A stretch of 64,000 nucleotides of DNA. Source: a virus. Each line of letters begins with the position of its first letter. Position 1 is the first letter of the stretch. This document shows, one piece after another, positions 45,644-55,201 of this stretch. Location of the stretch: IMG/VR virus record IMGVR_UViG_3300035701_000002. One strand, given 5' to 3'. Both the position numbers and the translations under genes were made by a program. The notes beneath the pieces are model-generated. The model was not told where the DNA came from, did not search any database, and saw only the letters and a program-made list of their open reading frames with translations.

Positions 45644-46758
45644 TTGCGCTCCTTCATGCTGCTGACGAAATGCCGGGCGCGCACGGAGCCGTCGGCGGAC
45701 TCCTCGGCGATTTCCAGGACGTCCGGGAACTTCGGGTTCCCGTACTTCAGGAGAGCGCGGCCGTCACCGAGGTACTTAACTATCCCGCCCAGGGTCTTCA
45801 CAGGAAAGTCGGCGGACAGTTCAGCGCCGGCAACGAAGGACACGGGAAGGCTCGACACCTCCTGGGAGCCGTTCAGAAGGTCCATCTTTTCACCGGACGC
45901 ACGGAAGGAGATTCTCTGGGTCCCCTCCACGGCCATCGCACACCAGGTGAGGCTCTTGACGAATTGGTCCCTGTCGACGGACATGATGACCTGATACCCG
46001 GCCTCCGGGGCAAGGTGCAGAGGAGGCTTGACGGAGGAAACCCTGCTAAAGGAGACGCACGATCCGGTCGCCGGATCGGAGATGAACAGGTGCGATTTGT
46101 CCCTTCCGACCACGACGTCCGAGTCGCCCAGCCGGGCGCAGAAAGACCGGATGAGCGGGAGGTCCGCACTGACCACGGAGAGATCGAGAGAGAGCCCAGG
46201 CATCGTGGCCACAGAGGCATAAAACCGGGCGTTGGCGACAGCGCAAGACTCGTCAGGATAAAAGTGAACCTGGTTCACCCTCATGTCCTCGTCCGTCTTC
46301 GTCTCCTTTACGAGCGCGGAGCACGAGACCTGCCTGATGAGCTCTTCGAACCCGGAAGCCCGGAGAGTGGACCCGGAGATATGAGGGCGTGAGGGCATAG
46401 GGGGCCTCCTGGAGAGGTCCGCGCGCTTCCTGACGGAGGCCTGCCTTGACTGGCCGGACCCCTCGGTCCTGACCGTCAGGCCCTTCTCTCCAGTCACGAG
46501 GGAGACTGAGTCCAGGTTCGAGTCGAAGAAGGCCTGACGGTCGGCCGGAAGGAAGTATTCGTCGGAAGAAAAGCCGTCCGGGGCGTCGGAGGAAGCGGGT
46601 ACGACCTCAGCCCGCGCAAACCGGCGCCTGTCGGAGGACAGGATGGAGAGCGAACCGTCGGATATCTTCAGGACGAAGTCCCCGGTCATGGGCTTCACGA
46701 TCTTGGCGACAGCAAAGCCCTTCCTGAGGGCGTCCGGGGAGAAAGAAAAAGTCGGCAT
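45640..46758 (-). CDS. putative sliding clamp (DnaN-like, 372 aa)
   Basis: Size and the three-domain beta-rich pattern. Sits among clamp-loader and primase genes. Confidence 0.4.
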   Translation of the reverse strand: MPTFSFSPDALRKGFAVAKIVKPMTGDFVLKISDGSLSILSSDRRRFARAEVVPASSDAPDGFSSDEYFLPADRQAFFDSNLDSVSLVTGEKGLTVRTEGSGQSRQASVRKRADLSRRPPMPSRPHISGSTLRASGFEELIRQVSCSALVKETKTDEDMRVNQVHFYPDESCAVANARFYASVATMPGLSLDLSVVSADLPLIRSFCARLGDSDVVVGRDKSHLFISDPATGSCVSFSRVSSVKPPLHLAPEAGYQVIMSVDRDQFVKSLTWCAMAVEGTQRISFRASGEKMDLLNGSQEVSSLPVSFVAGAELSADFPVKTLGGIVKYLGDGRALLKYGNPKFPDVLEIAEESADGSVRARHFVSSMKERK

Positions 46759-46991
46759 TACTCGGGCCTCGGCGATTCAATGAGCTCTATCGAGAAGCCA
46801 GGAGGCGGGTCCCACGGCTCCGCCATCCTCCTGTCATGCTCCTGGGCGGCTCGGACGAGCTCGGGGGACACGTCGCGGGGAGGACGACAGTGGCCGGTAC
46901 GGCCGAGCTCAGATCGCCGGGCAAGGCAGTCAGCGCACAGGATGGGGCTACCCGCCTTGACACGGCACTCGTCGCACTCCAGGAAGTCCAA
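46758..46991 (-). CDS. small zinc-finger protein (77 aa)
   Basis: ECDECRVKAGSPILCADCLARR. Confidence 0.4.
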   Translation of the reverse strand: MDFLECDECRVKAGSPILCADCLARRSELGRTGHCRPPRDVSPELVRAAQEHDRRMAEPWDPPPGFSIELIESPRPE

Positions 46992-46993
46992 GA

Positions 46994-47287
46994 TCAGCCG
47001 ATCTCCTTGAGCATCGGACGCATCGCGGCCTCGGCGGCGTCTATGTCTGCCGAGAAGTTGTCGAGCTTTATCGCGAGGACCTCCTTGGCCCGGGAGATCT
47101 CGTCCTGAAGGTTGTCCGGGTCGTACCCGGCCTTCTTGCAGGCCTCCATCGCTTCCTTCAACGCCCTCTTTCGAGCCGACAGCTCGGCCTCCACCTGGAC
47201 CTTGCTCTGCTGGACCGTCTCTTTGCGCTTCAGAAGGGTCTTGAACCGAACATCGACGTCCTCGATCCCCTTGTCGTCTGCCACCAT
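46994..47287 (-). CDS. small coiled-coil protein (97 aa)
   Basis: Charged helical ORF. Confidence 0.4.
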   Translation of the reverse strand: MVADDKGIEDVDVRFKTLLKRKETVQQSKVQVEAELSARKRALKEAMEACKKAGYDPDNLQDEISRAKEVLAIKLDNFSADIDAAEAAMRPMLKEIG

Positions 47288-47316
47288 GGTCGTCCTCCTC
47301 TCAGGGCCAGCTTACA

Positions 47317-48165
47317 TCAGAATCCTTCAAGGTCGAACATCGAGTTCTCGATATATCCGCCCCCAGTCTCCTTGCGACGGTGGGCTATGTGCTTCCGGCC
47401 TTCCTCGCACTTGTCCTTGTAGCTGCAACGGTGGCACTCGCCGGAAGGGGTGGCGTCGAAAGACTTCAGCTGGATCTTCTTGGCTACGTCGAAGGTCTGG
47501 TCGACGGAGGCCCGCATCGCCTGGCTGTCGTATGCGACCCACTTGATCGGGTCGTCAGGGAATGACCAGAAGAGAAACCCGATCTTGGTCGGGGCCACCC
47601 GGTATTTGATGTAGTGCTGTACGGCGTACCAGATAAGCTGTTCGGCGTCGACATACTTCTCCCTGTGTTTGCTCGCCTTCCCGTCGACGATGGAGACGTC
47701 CCGCATGTCCGGACTATGGATGAAGTCGGCGCGGCCCCCAAGTTTTATGGACATCCCATACTTGTCGTTCCCGTACAGGACGGTCAGGTCAACCTCGGCG
47801 CGGCTGTTGACCGTGAGGAGCCCGAGCTTCCTGATGGTTTCGACGCCCGGCGGGATGTAAAGGAGCATGTCCTGGCGGGTCATCATGCGGAACCCCGGAT
47901 CTGTCGAAGGATCGAGCTTCTCCTCACGAAGGACGGAGTCCAGTGCGTCGTCAACGACTGCGAGGCAGGCGGCGACCGGGTCAGGCTCCGCCCACAGCTT
48001 CCTGTCGTAGAACCATTGGAACACGCGTCCGATGGCGGACCCGAAGATGGACCCGCGCGGGTCTCCGCGGCTCTTGTCCTTGAGGATGTACCTATACTTG
48101 TACTGGAGGGGGCACACCAGGTAGGACTTACGTCCGGAGTAGCTCAGGTAGATATCGTAGGACAT
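47317..48165 (-). CDS. PD-(D/E)XK nuclease of the RecB/Cas4 type with Cys cluster
   Basis: N-terminal LVCPLQYKYRYI (Cas4/RecB-type). C-terminal ECHRCSYKDKCEE Cys triad. 282 aa. Confidence 0.55.
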   Translation of the reverse strand: MSYDIYLSYSGRKSYLVCPLQYKYRYILKDKSRGDPRGSIFGSAIGRVFQWFYDRKLWAEPDPVAACLAVVDDALDSVLREEKLDPSTDPGFRMMTRQDMLLYIPPGVETIRKLGLLTVNSRAEVDLTVLYGNDKYGMSIKLGGRADFIHSPDMRDVSIVDGKASKHREKYVDAEQLIWYAVQHYIKYRVAPTKIGFLFWSFPDDPIKWVAYDSQAMRASVDQTFDVAKKIQLKSFDATPSGECHRCSYKDKCEEGRKHIAHRRKETGGGYIENSMFDLEGF

Positions 48166-48176
48166 CAGGTCGGACT

Positions 48177-49166
48177 CTACTCGTCGAGGACTCCGGCCTC
48201 GGCGGCCTCGAGGGTGGACAGGGCTAGCTTTCTGAGATCGTCAGGATATCCGTCGAGCTCCTTCTTGCGAGCCTCCATGGAGGACTCGGACGCCATGTCG
48301 GCATTGCTCCGGAGCTGAGATATGAAGTCGTCCAAGGACCTTCGTTCCTCGTCCAGGCGCTTCTTCCTGTCCAGGTCAAAAACCTGGGAGGCGTCCTCGT
48401 GAGGGACGACATGCTCTTCGACGTAGATGCCCGTAGAGTCGGCCTTGATCAGAGAGACCTTGGGCTTACGGTCCATATTCTCGAACGTAAGGGCCCCCCT
48501 GGATATGGCTCCGAGGTTCACGAACTTGACGCCTAGGTGCTCGACGACCCCCTGATCCTTGTGATAGTGGCCGAACACATAGACGTCGGGGCATCCGTCG
48601 AACACGAGGTCACGGTAGTCGAAGACGCGCTCGTTGAAGAACGATTGGATGCGCTCCTCCGGGGCCATGGCTGCGAGGGCGTGAACGAACGCGACCGTGT
48701 ACGTCTCGTCCTTCTTCCTGACGAGGTCGTGTATGCCGTCCACGTCGATGTCGGTCGTGTACGGGACGCCGACGACGCGGAGCTTCATGCTCCCGGAGAC
48801 GAACGTTTCGTCGCGCATGGGCTTGAACACGCCGGACTCGAACATGACGCCAAGGGGCTGCCCGGGGACTGAGTCGGGGTCGTTGTTCGACATGTCGTGG
48901 TTCCCGGGCATGGCGAACGTCGGACAGGGGTACTTGCGGTGGATGCGGGCGGCCATCGCCATGGTCCGCATGGTCGTCTTGTTCGCGGCCTTCACGTGGA
49001 AGAAGTCGCCGCCGCGGAGGACGGCGTCGGCCTTGAACCGCCTGGCCATGTCGCCCTGCCACTCGATCTTCTGGAGAATCGAGGCCCGGTAGTCGTCCTT
49101 CCTGAAGCCCGGGGCGAGATCTGCGAGGTGCTCGTCGGAGGAGGTCAAGAGGCGAATTTCGGACAT
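48177..49166 (-). CDS. sbcD: SbcD/Mre11-family nuclease (calcineurin-like phosphoesterase)
   Basis: Phosphoesterase motifs LLTSSDEHL, GGDFFH, GNHD, GHYH. Confidence 0.75.
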   Translation of the reverse strand: MSEIRLLTSSDEHLADLAPGFRKDDYRASILQKIEWQGDMARRFKADAVLRGGDFFHVKAANKTTMRTMAMAARIHRKYPCPTFAMPGNHDMSNNDPDSVPGQPLGVMFESGVFKPMRDETFVSGSMKLRVVGVPYTTDIDVDGIHDLVRKKDETYTVAFVHALAAMAPEERIQSFFNERVFDYRDLVFDGCPDVYVFGHYHKDQGVVEHLGVKFVNLGAISRGALTFENMDRKPKVSLIKADSTGIYVEEHVVPHEDASQVFDLDRKKRLDEERRSLDDFISQLRSNADMASESSMEARKKELDGYPDDLRKLALSTLEAAEAGVLDE

Positions 49167-49175
49167 GCGGGCATT

Positions 49176-49841
49176 TTACACCGCGGGCTCGCCCTTGAGC
49201 GCGTACTGGAACGAGACAGTCAGGCCGAAGGACGCCTTTCCCGGCTCCATGCTGACGCCGGACAGGGCCTGATGAGAGTTCGAGGCCGAGAGAGTCTTTC
49301 CGCTGACCTGGCGCTCTTCGTCGATATCCCAGGAGACGACCTCGTACGAGTCGGCGGACAGGCCGGCGGAGGCGCACTGGTTGGAGAACATCTTCTTGGC
49401 CTTGTCGAAGGCGTCGGAGAAGGCCTTGTGGTGGACCTCGATGCTCTCATCCACGTTGAAAACGGGCGTGGGGCTCTCGACGCCGACGATGCTCGTGATC
49501 GCGTCGTGGAGCGCGGTGGCCTCGGAGACGTTCTTGGCCGTAAAGGACATCGTGTACATAGCCTTGTATCCGACGAACTTGTACTCGGAGCCGGTGTGCT
49601 GATGGTCGGCGTCGACGGAGAAGGTCGTCCTGATATGGTCCTTGTCGACGCCAGCGCGCTCGGAGAAATCGCGGACGACGCCCCATATGAGGTCGACGCG
49701 CTCCTTGGCCTTGTCCTTGGCCTCCGGACCGGTGGCGCCCTTGGTGTTCACACTGGCCCTGAAGGACGTCGAGCGGAACACGGTGTCCGCGATCCCGGCA
49801 GCCCTGACTTCGATGGTCCTCGGTTCGTGGAAGTGTCGCAT
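49176..49841 (-). CDS. hypothetical protein (221 aa)
   Basis: ORF with normal composition. Confidence 0.5.
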   Translation of the reverse strand: MRHFHEPRTIEVRAAGIADTVFRSTSFRASVNTKGATGPEAKDKAKERVDLIWGVVRDFSERAGVDKDHIRTTFSVDADHQHTGSEYKFVGYKAMYTMSFTAKNVSEATALHDAITSIVGVESPTPVFNVDESIEVHHKAFSDAFDKAKKMFSNQCASAGLSADSYEVVSWDIDEERQVSGKTLSASNSHQALSGVSMEPGKASFGLTVSFQYALKGEPAV

Positions 49842-49865
49842 GCCGGAGGGTACACCGGCCGGGCC

Positions 49866-50312
49866 TCAGTCGTCGAAGCAGCCTCCGCAGTCGAGGCTGG
49901 CACGGACCTTCGGGCCCGGGATGGGAACGTCCTTCCTGACGTACCAGTTCCCATCGTCTCCCTTGGACACGAACTTTGCGCACGTGTGGCAGAGGCCGCC
50001 GTCAGGACTGTCGATGCTGCCGACGGGCCCGATGACGGGCTCCACGCCGCAGAATCCGAAGCGATTCTCGCTCCAGGGGCCGTTCTTCTTCTTGACGACC
50101 GCATGGCAGGGGGAATGGCCACCGCTGTCGTAAATGAAGGCCGCCTGGACGCCGGCGACGGGCGACGAGTCCTCGACCGTCACCTTCCTCACCAAGATTT
50201 TGCGGCGGGTAGAGGAATGGCCAACGCGCTCTTTCACGCGCATCATCATCTGCGCGTCCGTGACGTCGTCGGGCGCCTCCACCTCGACAGTCATGCGGAA
50301 CTTTCGACTCAT
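49866..50312 (-). CDS. hypothetical Cys-rich protein (148 aa)
   Basis: Cys/His-rich segments SPCHAVV, CHTCAKF, CGGCFDD. Confidence 0.45.
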   Translation of the reverse strand: MSRKFRMTVEVEAPDDVTDAQMMMRVKERVGHSSTRRKILVRKVTVEDSSPVAGVQAAFIYDSGGHSPCHAVVKKKNGPWSENRFGFCGVEPVIGPVGSIDSPDGGLCHTCAKFVSKGDDGNWYVRKDVPIPGPKVRASLDCGGCFDD

Positions 50313-50334
50313 GGGGAGAGCTTACGCTCGAGCC

Positions 50335-52623
50335 TCATGCCACATCCTCAGTCACCTCGTCGGGCAGATCAGATACGTCCGGGGAAGCGAGGACCCCGGA
50401 GTCGGCCGGATGGACGAACTCGTGGACGAGCTCCTTCAGGCGGGAGTTCCGGACGGTCTCACGGTCGTTCATGATTGCGAACGAAAACGCCCGCGGGTCT
50501 CCGAAGACGAACACCTTCTTCTTGGCGCGCGTGAGGGCCGTGTATATGAGGTTCCGGTAGAGCATGATGCCGTACTGCATGGTCATCGGAAGAAGGACAT
50601 AGTCGAACTCCTGACCCTGAACCTTATGGGCGGTGCAGGCGTAGGCGACCTTGAGGACGTTCCGAGCCTCCTCGACCTTGAAGGTGAAAACCTTGTCCAC
50701 ATACCTCGGGACCGGGGACTCGTTGTCGAACCAGTCGAAGATCTTCACCTCGACCTCGTCCTGCTTCACCGAGATCCGCTGAATCTTCCCGACCTCCCCG
50801 TTGAAGATCATGCGGTCATAGTCGTTCCGGATTACCATGACCCGGTCGCCCTCGTAGAGGTCGACGCTCCCGCTCTTCAGCTTCCCGGACTTCCCGGACG
50901 AATAGTCCGGGTTCAGGACGTCCCTGAGAGTCCTATTCAGGTTGTTCACGCCAAGGTCGCCGTCGTACATGGGGGCGATGACCTGGAAGATCTTCTCCTT
51001 GGACTTGAGCATCGAGGCCATCTTGGAGATCTCCTCGACGACCTGATCCTTCGGGTAGGAGAGAAAGATGAACTCGGAGTCCTTGTTGAAGCGGGTGTCG
51101 ACGGCGTCCCCGCGAAGGATGGAGTGAGCCACGGAGACGATGTCCGAGGTCTTCTCCTGCCGGTAGATGCGGGTGAGGGCCACATGGGGGACGTCGGGGC
51201 ACCTCATCAGGTTGTTCAGAACATACCCGGCGCCGACCGACGGGAGCTGCGCGGAGTCCCCAACCATGATGACGATGGTCGTCGGAGGCAGGGACGAGAC
51301 AAGATGGAAGAAGGTAGAGCCGTCCACCATCGACATCTCGTCCACGATGACCGCATCGCAGAAGAACTTGTTGCCAGCGTTGTTGGTCCAAGAGCCGTCA
51401 CGGCCATATCCGAGGGATCTGTGGATCGTGGAAGCAGGGCGCCCGGTCACCTGCGAAAGACGCTTTGAGGCGATGCCGGTCGGGGACATCAGCACGTAGT
51501 GCAGGTTGAACTTCTCGAACAGATGGACGAAGGCCGATATGAGGAGCGTCTTCCCGGTCCCGGGGAAGCCCGACACGACGCATACCCTGGACTTCCCCAT
51601 CATGAAGAATGACTGACGCTGTTCGTCGGACAGGGCCAAACCGTGCTTCTTCTCGAACTCCTCGAGGACGGCCTCAAGGTCGCCGAACTCCCTGGGCTCC
51701 TGGGAGACGAACTTGGAAAGGCAGTCAGCCGACTGCGACTCGTTCCACCAGTTGCGATGAAGGTATATGTGCGTCCCGTCGGAGACTACGGCGTCGGACT
51801 TCTGAAGCTCAGAAAGTGCAGTGAAGAAGTGCGAGTCCGACATGTACTCGCCGTGGGTGAACGGATCGAGAGAGTGAACCCTGAACATCCGCTTCGAGAC
51901 GTAGTCCAGAATCTGGCGGGAGGTGCAGTACATATGGCCCTCCGAAGCGGAGAGCTCGGACATGGCGAACTCGACCATAGCCCTTACGCGCCTCGGATCG
52001 TCCACCCCTATCCCGAGCTTCCTGGAGGCGGAGTCGGCGGTAGGGAAGCCGACGCCTTCGCACCTGTGAAGGCAGTAAGGATCGGCCCGGATGGCGTCCC
52101 TGGCCTCCTTCACACCGAGCTTCGTGATGACGCTCTTCACCTGGAAGGAACTCAGGCCCAGGTCGGTCAGGAATATCGCGGTGGTCCGGTTCTCGGACGC
52201 CTGGGCCCACTCGTTGATGATGGCGTCAGCCTGGCGCTCCTGAAGGAAGCTGAGCTCCCGTATCTTCTCCGGCTCCTTATCCAGGACCTCGACGAGCTGG
52301 TCCCCGAGGGCCTCATAGAGGCGGGAGGCGGTGATGGGTCCGATGGACGGAACATTGGCCTGAAGGTAGGCGATGATGCCGTTCCTGCCCTTCTCAGGAA
52401 GGATCTCGCAGCTGGCGGCCGCCAGCTGCCGGCCGTAGGTCGGGTGCTCCTCGAACTTCCCGACGAACTTCGCCTTCAGGCCGATGTTCACGGCCACACC
52501 AGGGAAGCTCCCGCGCACGGTCAGACTGCCAGAAGAGCCGTCCTGCACGGCACGCAGCACATAGAAGCCCGTGCTCCGGTTAGAGAAAACGATCCCGGAA
52601 ATTTTAGCGGTAATTTCGTCCAT
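50335..52623 (-). CDS. recD: RecD-like (RecD2/Dda-type) superfamily-1 DNA helicase
   Basis: Motif I GFPGTGKT, motif II VIVDEMSMVD, and VGDSAQLPSVGAG. C-terminal YACTAHKVQGQEFDYV. Confidence 0.8.
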   Translation of the reverse strand: MDEITAKISGIVFSNRSTGFYVLRAVQDGSSGSLTVRGSFPGVAVNIGLKAKFVGKFEEHPTYGRQLAAASCEILPEKGRNGIIAYLQANVPSIGPITASRLYEALGDQLVEVLDKEPEKIRELSFLQERQADAIINEWAQASENRTTAIFLTDLGLSSFQVKSVITKLGVKEARDAIRADPYCLHRCEGVGFPTADSASRKLGIGVDDPRRVRAMVEFAMSELSASEGHMYCTSRQILDYVSKRMFRVHSLDPFTHGEYMSDSHFFTALSELQKSDAVVSDGTHIYLHRNWWNESQSADCLSKFVSQEPREFGDLEAVLEEFEKKHGLALSDEQRQSFFMMGKSRVCVVSGFPGTGKTLLISAFVHLFEKFNLHYVLMSPTGIASKRLSQVTGRPASTIHRSLGYGRDGSWTNNAGNKFFCDAVIVDEMSMVDGSTFFHLVSSLPPTTIVIMVGDSAQLPSVGAGYVLNNLMRCPDVPHVALTRIYRQEKTSDIVSVAHSILRGDAVDTRFNKDSEFIFLSYPKDQVVEEISKMASMLKSKEKIFQVIAPMYDGDLGVNNLNRTLRDVLNPDYSSGKSGKLKSGSVDLYEGDRVMVIRNDYDRMIFNGEVGKIQRISVKQDEVEVKIFDWFDNESPVPRYVDKVFTFKVEEARNVLKVAYACTAHKVQGQEFDYVLLPMTMQYGIMLYRNLIYTALTRAKKKVFVFGDPRAFSFAIMNDRETVRNSRLKELVHEFVHPADSGVLASPDVSDLPDEVTEDVA

Positions 52624-52644
52624 AGTCCGCAGGGGCCTAGTTGA

Positions 52645-53463
52645 TTAGGGGTCGCTCCTCGGAGCGCCAAGGTCCATCATACGGTAGAGGTCCGCCTCGG
52701 ATATTACATCGACACCGTGCTTCTTGGCGCTCTTCATCTTCGAAGAGCCGGTGTCCGGATCGTTCGTAACGAGGAAGCTGGTGCCGGCTCCGACGGACCC
52801 CTTCGAAACTCCGCCGGAGTCCATTATCATCTTCTCGATGGCCTTCCTCGGCCTTGAGGTCGACCCGGTGATACAGAAGGACTTTCCGGACATCGGCCCG
52901 AGGGCCGGCCCTTTGACGTCAAGGACAGCGGCCAGGTCCAGGATCGACTGCCTGCGTGACTCGAGGCCCTCAAGGACCTGGCGTGCGGTCACTTCCCCGA
53001 CGTTCGGGACCTTCAGAAGGTCGTCGTTCGTCATGGAAAGGACCTTATCGACTGTGTCGAAACCGGCCTGGACGATGTCGGTGGCGGTCGCGACGGCGAG
53101 GTTCGGGATGTTGAGGGACGCTATCAGGAGCTCGAGGGTCACTGACTTGCTGGCATGGAGAACGTCGTGGCATTTCTGGGCGAACTTCGTCCCAGAAGAA
53201 CACGCGGCTATGTCCTCCACGGAGAGCCTGTAGAGGTCGGCTACGGAGGCGACCCTAGGGTCGTCAGGATCGGTAAGCCGGTCCACGAGGGCGTCACCCC
53301 AGTGAAGAAGGCCGAGCCTCTTAATCCAGACACGGACGGAGCCGGAGAGCTGGACGGGGCACGACCGGCTGCGGCAGTATAGAAAGTCTCCCTCCTCGGA
53401 GGCGGGGCCTCCGCAGACGGGGCAGCAGTCGGGGACGGGAAAGAGCTCCTGAAGGCCTTCCAT
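52645..53463 (-). CDS. ligA: NAD-dependent DNA ligase, C-terminal fragment (Zn finger + HhH + BRCT) encoded as separate gene
   Basis: Zn module CCPVCGGPASEEGDFLYCRSRSCP, helix-hairpin-helix segment, and BRCT GKSFCITGSTSRPRKAIEKMIMDSGGVSKGSVGAGTSFLVTND. No adenylation domain. Confidence 0.7.
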   Translation of the reverse strand: MEGLQELFPVPDCCPVCGGPASEEGDFLYCRSRSCPVQLSGSVRVWIKRLGLLHWGDALVDRLTDPDDPRVASVADLYRLSVEDIAACSSGTKFAQKCHDVLHASKSVTLELLIASLNIPNLAVATATDIVQAGFDTVDKVLSMTNDDLLKVPNVGEVTARQVLEGLESRRQSILDLAAVLDVKGPALGPMSGKSFCITGSTSRPRKAIEKMIMDSGGVSKGSVGAGTSFLVTNDPDTGSSKMKSAKKHGVDVISEADLYRMMDLGAPRSDP

Positions 53464-53499
53464 GGTCCGAGTTTACACGGACCGGACGAAGACTTTCGG

Positions 53500-54015
53500 T
53501 TACTCCTCTTCCTTCTCCCCGACCTCTTCCTCTTCCTCGCCTGCCTCTTCCTCTTCCTCGCCGGCACCCTCTTCGAGCTCTCCGGCCTCTTCTTCGCCCG
53601 CGGGCCCGGGGAACTCGGGGGTGGAGGGGAGCATCTCTTCTCCCTGTCCTCCCCCGCCGCCCTCATCTCCGTAGGTGAACGTCCTGTCCTGCATGTCGTA
53701 CTTGCCCTCGTAGAAGGCCTTCGAGAAGGCAGAGAGCTCCTCACCGATGGTCAGGACGGCCTCGGAGATACGCTCGAGGTTCGAGGACTCCTCGCCGGCG
53801 AAGTCACCCTCGAGCCTGGCGAGCTTGGCGTACAGGACGTGCGCATCCTTCAGGACGTCGGCGATGTAGGAGTGGACCCTCTGCCATTCCGCGTCCTTGT
53901 CGGACGCGGAGACCCTCGAGGCCATGAACTGCTGGACCTCGGCGGCGACGCGCGAGAACCTCGTCCTCCTTCCGGAGGAGGGAACTACGTCTGACGAGAG
54001 GGGATTGCTAGACAT
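53500..54015 (-). CDS. hypothetical protein with poly-Glu C-terminus (171 aa)
   Basis: ORF ends EEEEAGEEEEEVGEKEEE. Confidence 0.45.
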   Translation of the reverse strand: MSSNPLSSDVVPSSGRRTRFSRVAAEVQQFMASRVSASDKDAEWQRVHSYIADVLKDAHVLYAKLARLEGDFAGEESSNLERISEAVLTIGEELSAFSKAFYEGKYDMQDRTFTYGDEGGGGGQGEEMLPSTPEFPGPAGEEEAGELEEGAGEEEEEAGEEEEEVGEKEEE

Positions 54016-54064
54016 GATGGCTCCTGGACCTCTACCGGGCCGGTGACAAAGGGCCTATGAGGGA

Positions 54065-55201
54065 TTGAAGAGCTCAAGCGTACGTTACGGGATGAGCGTA
54101 GAGAGGATCTTAGAGCTGCGTGAGAGGCTCAGGGCAGCCCGAGAGGGGTACTATAACCTAGCGCCGGCGATCTCGGACCAAGAGTATGACGCCCTGAAGG
54201 ACGAGCTCTCCAAGCTCGCCCCCGACGACGACGAGGTGGTGGCCGTCGGGGCGCCGGCGCCACAGTTCTCCGTCTGGGAGAAGGTCCGGCACGAGATCCC
54301 GATGGGGTCGCTCTCCAAGGCGAACACGGAGGCCGAGTTCGACGAGTGGTCGGCCAGGGCCGCCGGAGCGGGGGCCGAGACTCTGTACATCACGCACAAG
54401 ATCGACGGGTCGTCGATGGAGCTCGTCTACAAGGCCGGGAAGCTTACGAGGTGCGTGACGCGAGGGGACGGGAAGGTAGGGGAGGACGTCACGGCGAACG
54501 TGTCGAAGGTACCGTCGGTCCCGAAGAGGCTATCCGTCCCGGTCGACCTGACCGTCCGCGGGGAGATCGTCATGTTGAAGTCCGTCTTCGCCGAGAAGTA
54601 CGCGGCGGAGTATGCGAACCCGAGGAACACGGCCGCGGCCAAGGTCCGGGAGAAGAAGGGCGGCGGGGAGGCCTGCAGGGACCTCGAGTTCCTGGCGTAC
54701 TGGATGAGCGTCCCGGAGGACCTGCCGAAGACGTTGTTCTTCGCGATGAAATGGCTGTCCAACCACGGCTTCAGGGTCCCGGAGGGGACAGCGTGCGGGG
54801 ACGCCGGGGACGTGAAGAAGGTCTTCGCCAGCACCACGGCGTCGAGGGACGCCGTCCCGTACGAGATAGACGGGATGGTGGTCACGGTCAACAACCTCAA
54901 GGTCCTCGAGGAGATGGGGGATCTAAACATGCGGCCGCGCGGGCAGATTGCGTGGAAGTTCGACGCCGCGATGGGCGAGTCCAGGGTCGTTGACGTGAGG
55001 TGGCAGGTCGGACCTTCGGGCCGCATCACCCCGGTGGCTTCCATCGAGCCCGTGGACATCGGCGGGGTGACCGTCACGAGCGTATCCCTGCACAACATCT
55101 CCCTGTTCCGAGAGCTCGCCCTCACCAGAGGGTGCAGGGTCCTGGTCTCGAGGAGGAACGACGTCATCCCGTACATCGAGAAGAACCTGGACGCTGCCTA
55201 G
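54065..55201 (+). CDS. ligA: NAD-dependent DNA ligase, N-terminal fragment (Ia + adenylation + OB domains) encoded as separate plus-strand gene
   Basis: Motif I ITHKIDGSSMEL (KxDG), motif IV EIDGMVVTVN, motif V IAWKF. Ends after the OB fold, with no Zn/HhH/BRCT. Confidence 0.75.
   Translation: MKSSSVRYGMSVERILELRERLRAAREGYYNLAPAISDQEYDALKDELSKLAPDDDEVVAVGAPAPQFSVWEKVRHEIPMGSLSKANTEAEFDEWSARAAGAGAETLYITHKIDGSSMELVYKAGKLTRCVTRGDGKVGEDVTANVSKVPSVPKRLSVPVDLTVRGEIVMLKSVFAEKYAAEYANPRNTAAAKVREKKGGGEACRDLEFLAYWMSVPEDLPKTLFFAMKWLSNHGFRVPEGTACGDAGDVKKVFASTTASRDAVPYEIDGMVVTVNNLKVLEEMGDLNMRPRGQIAWKFDAAMGESRVVDVRWQVGPSGRITPVASIEPVDIGGVTVTSVSLHNISLFRELALTRGCRVLVSRRNDVIPYIEKNLDAA

Noticed and set aside
45640-46758. 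Could the 372-aa ORF be the missing Walker-A half of the ABC ATPase?
   Set aside because: It has no GxxxxGK[ST], and its pattern is beta-rich and three-domain-like. It is kept as a sliding-clamp candidate with low confidence.
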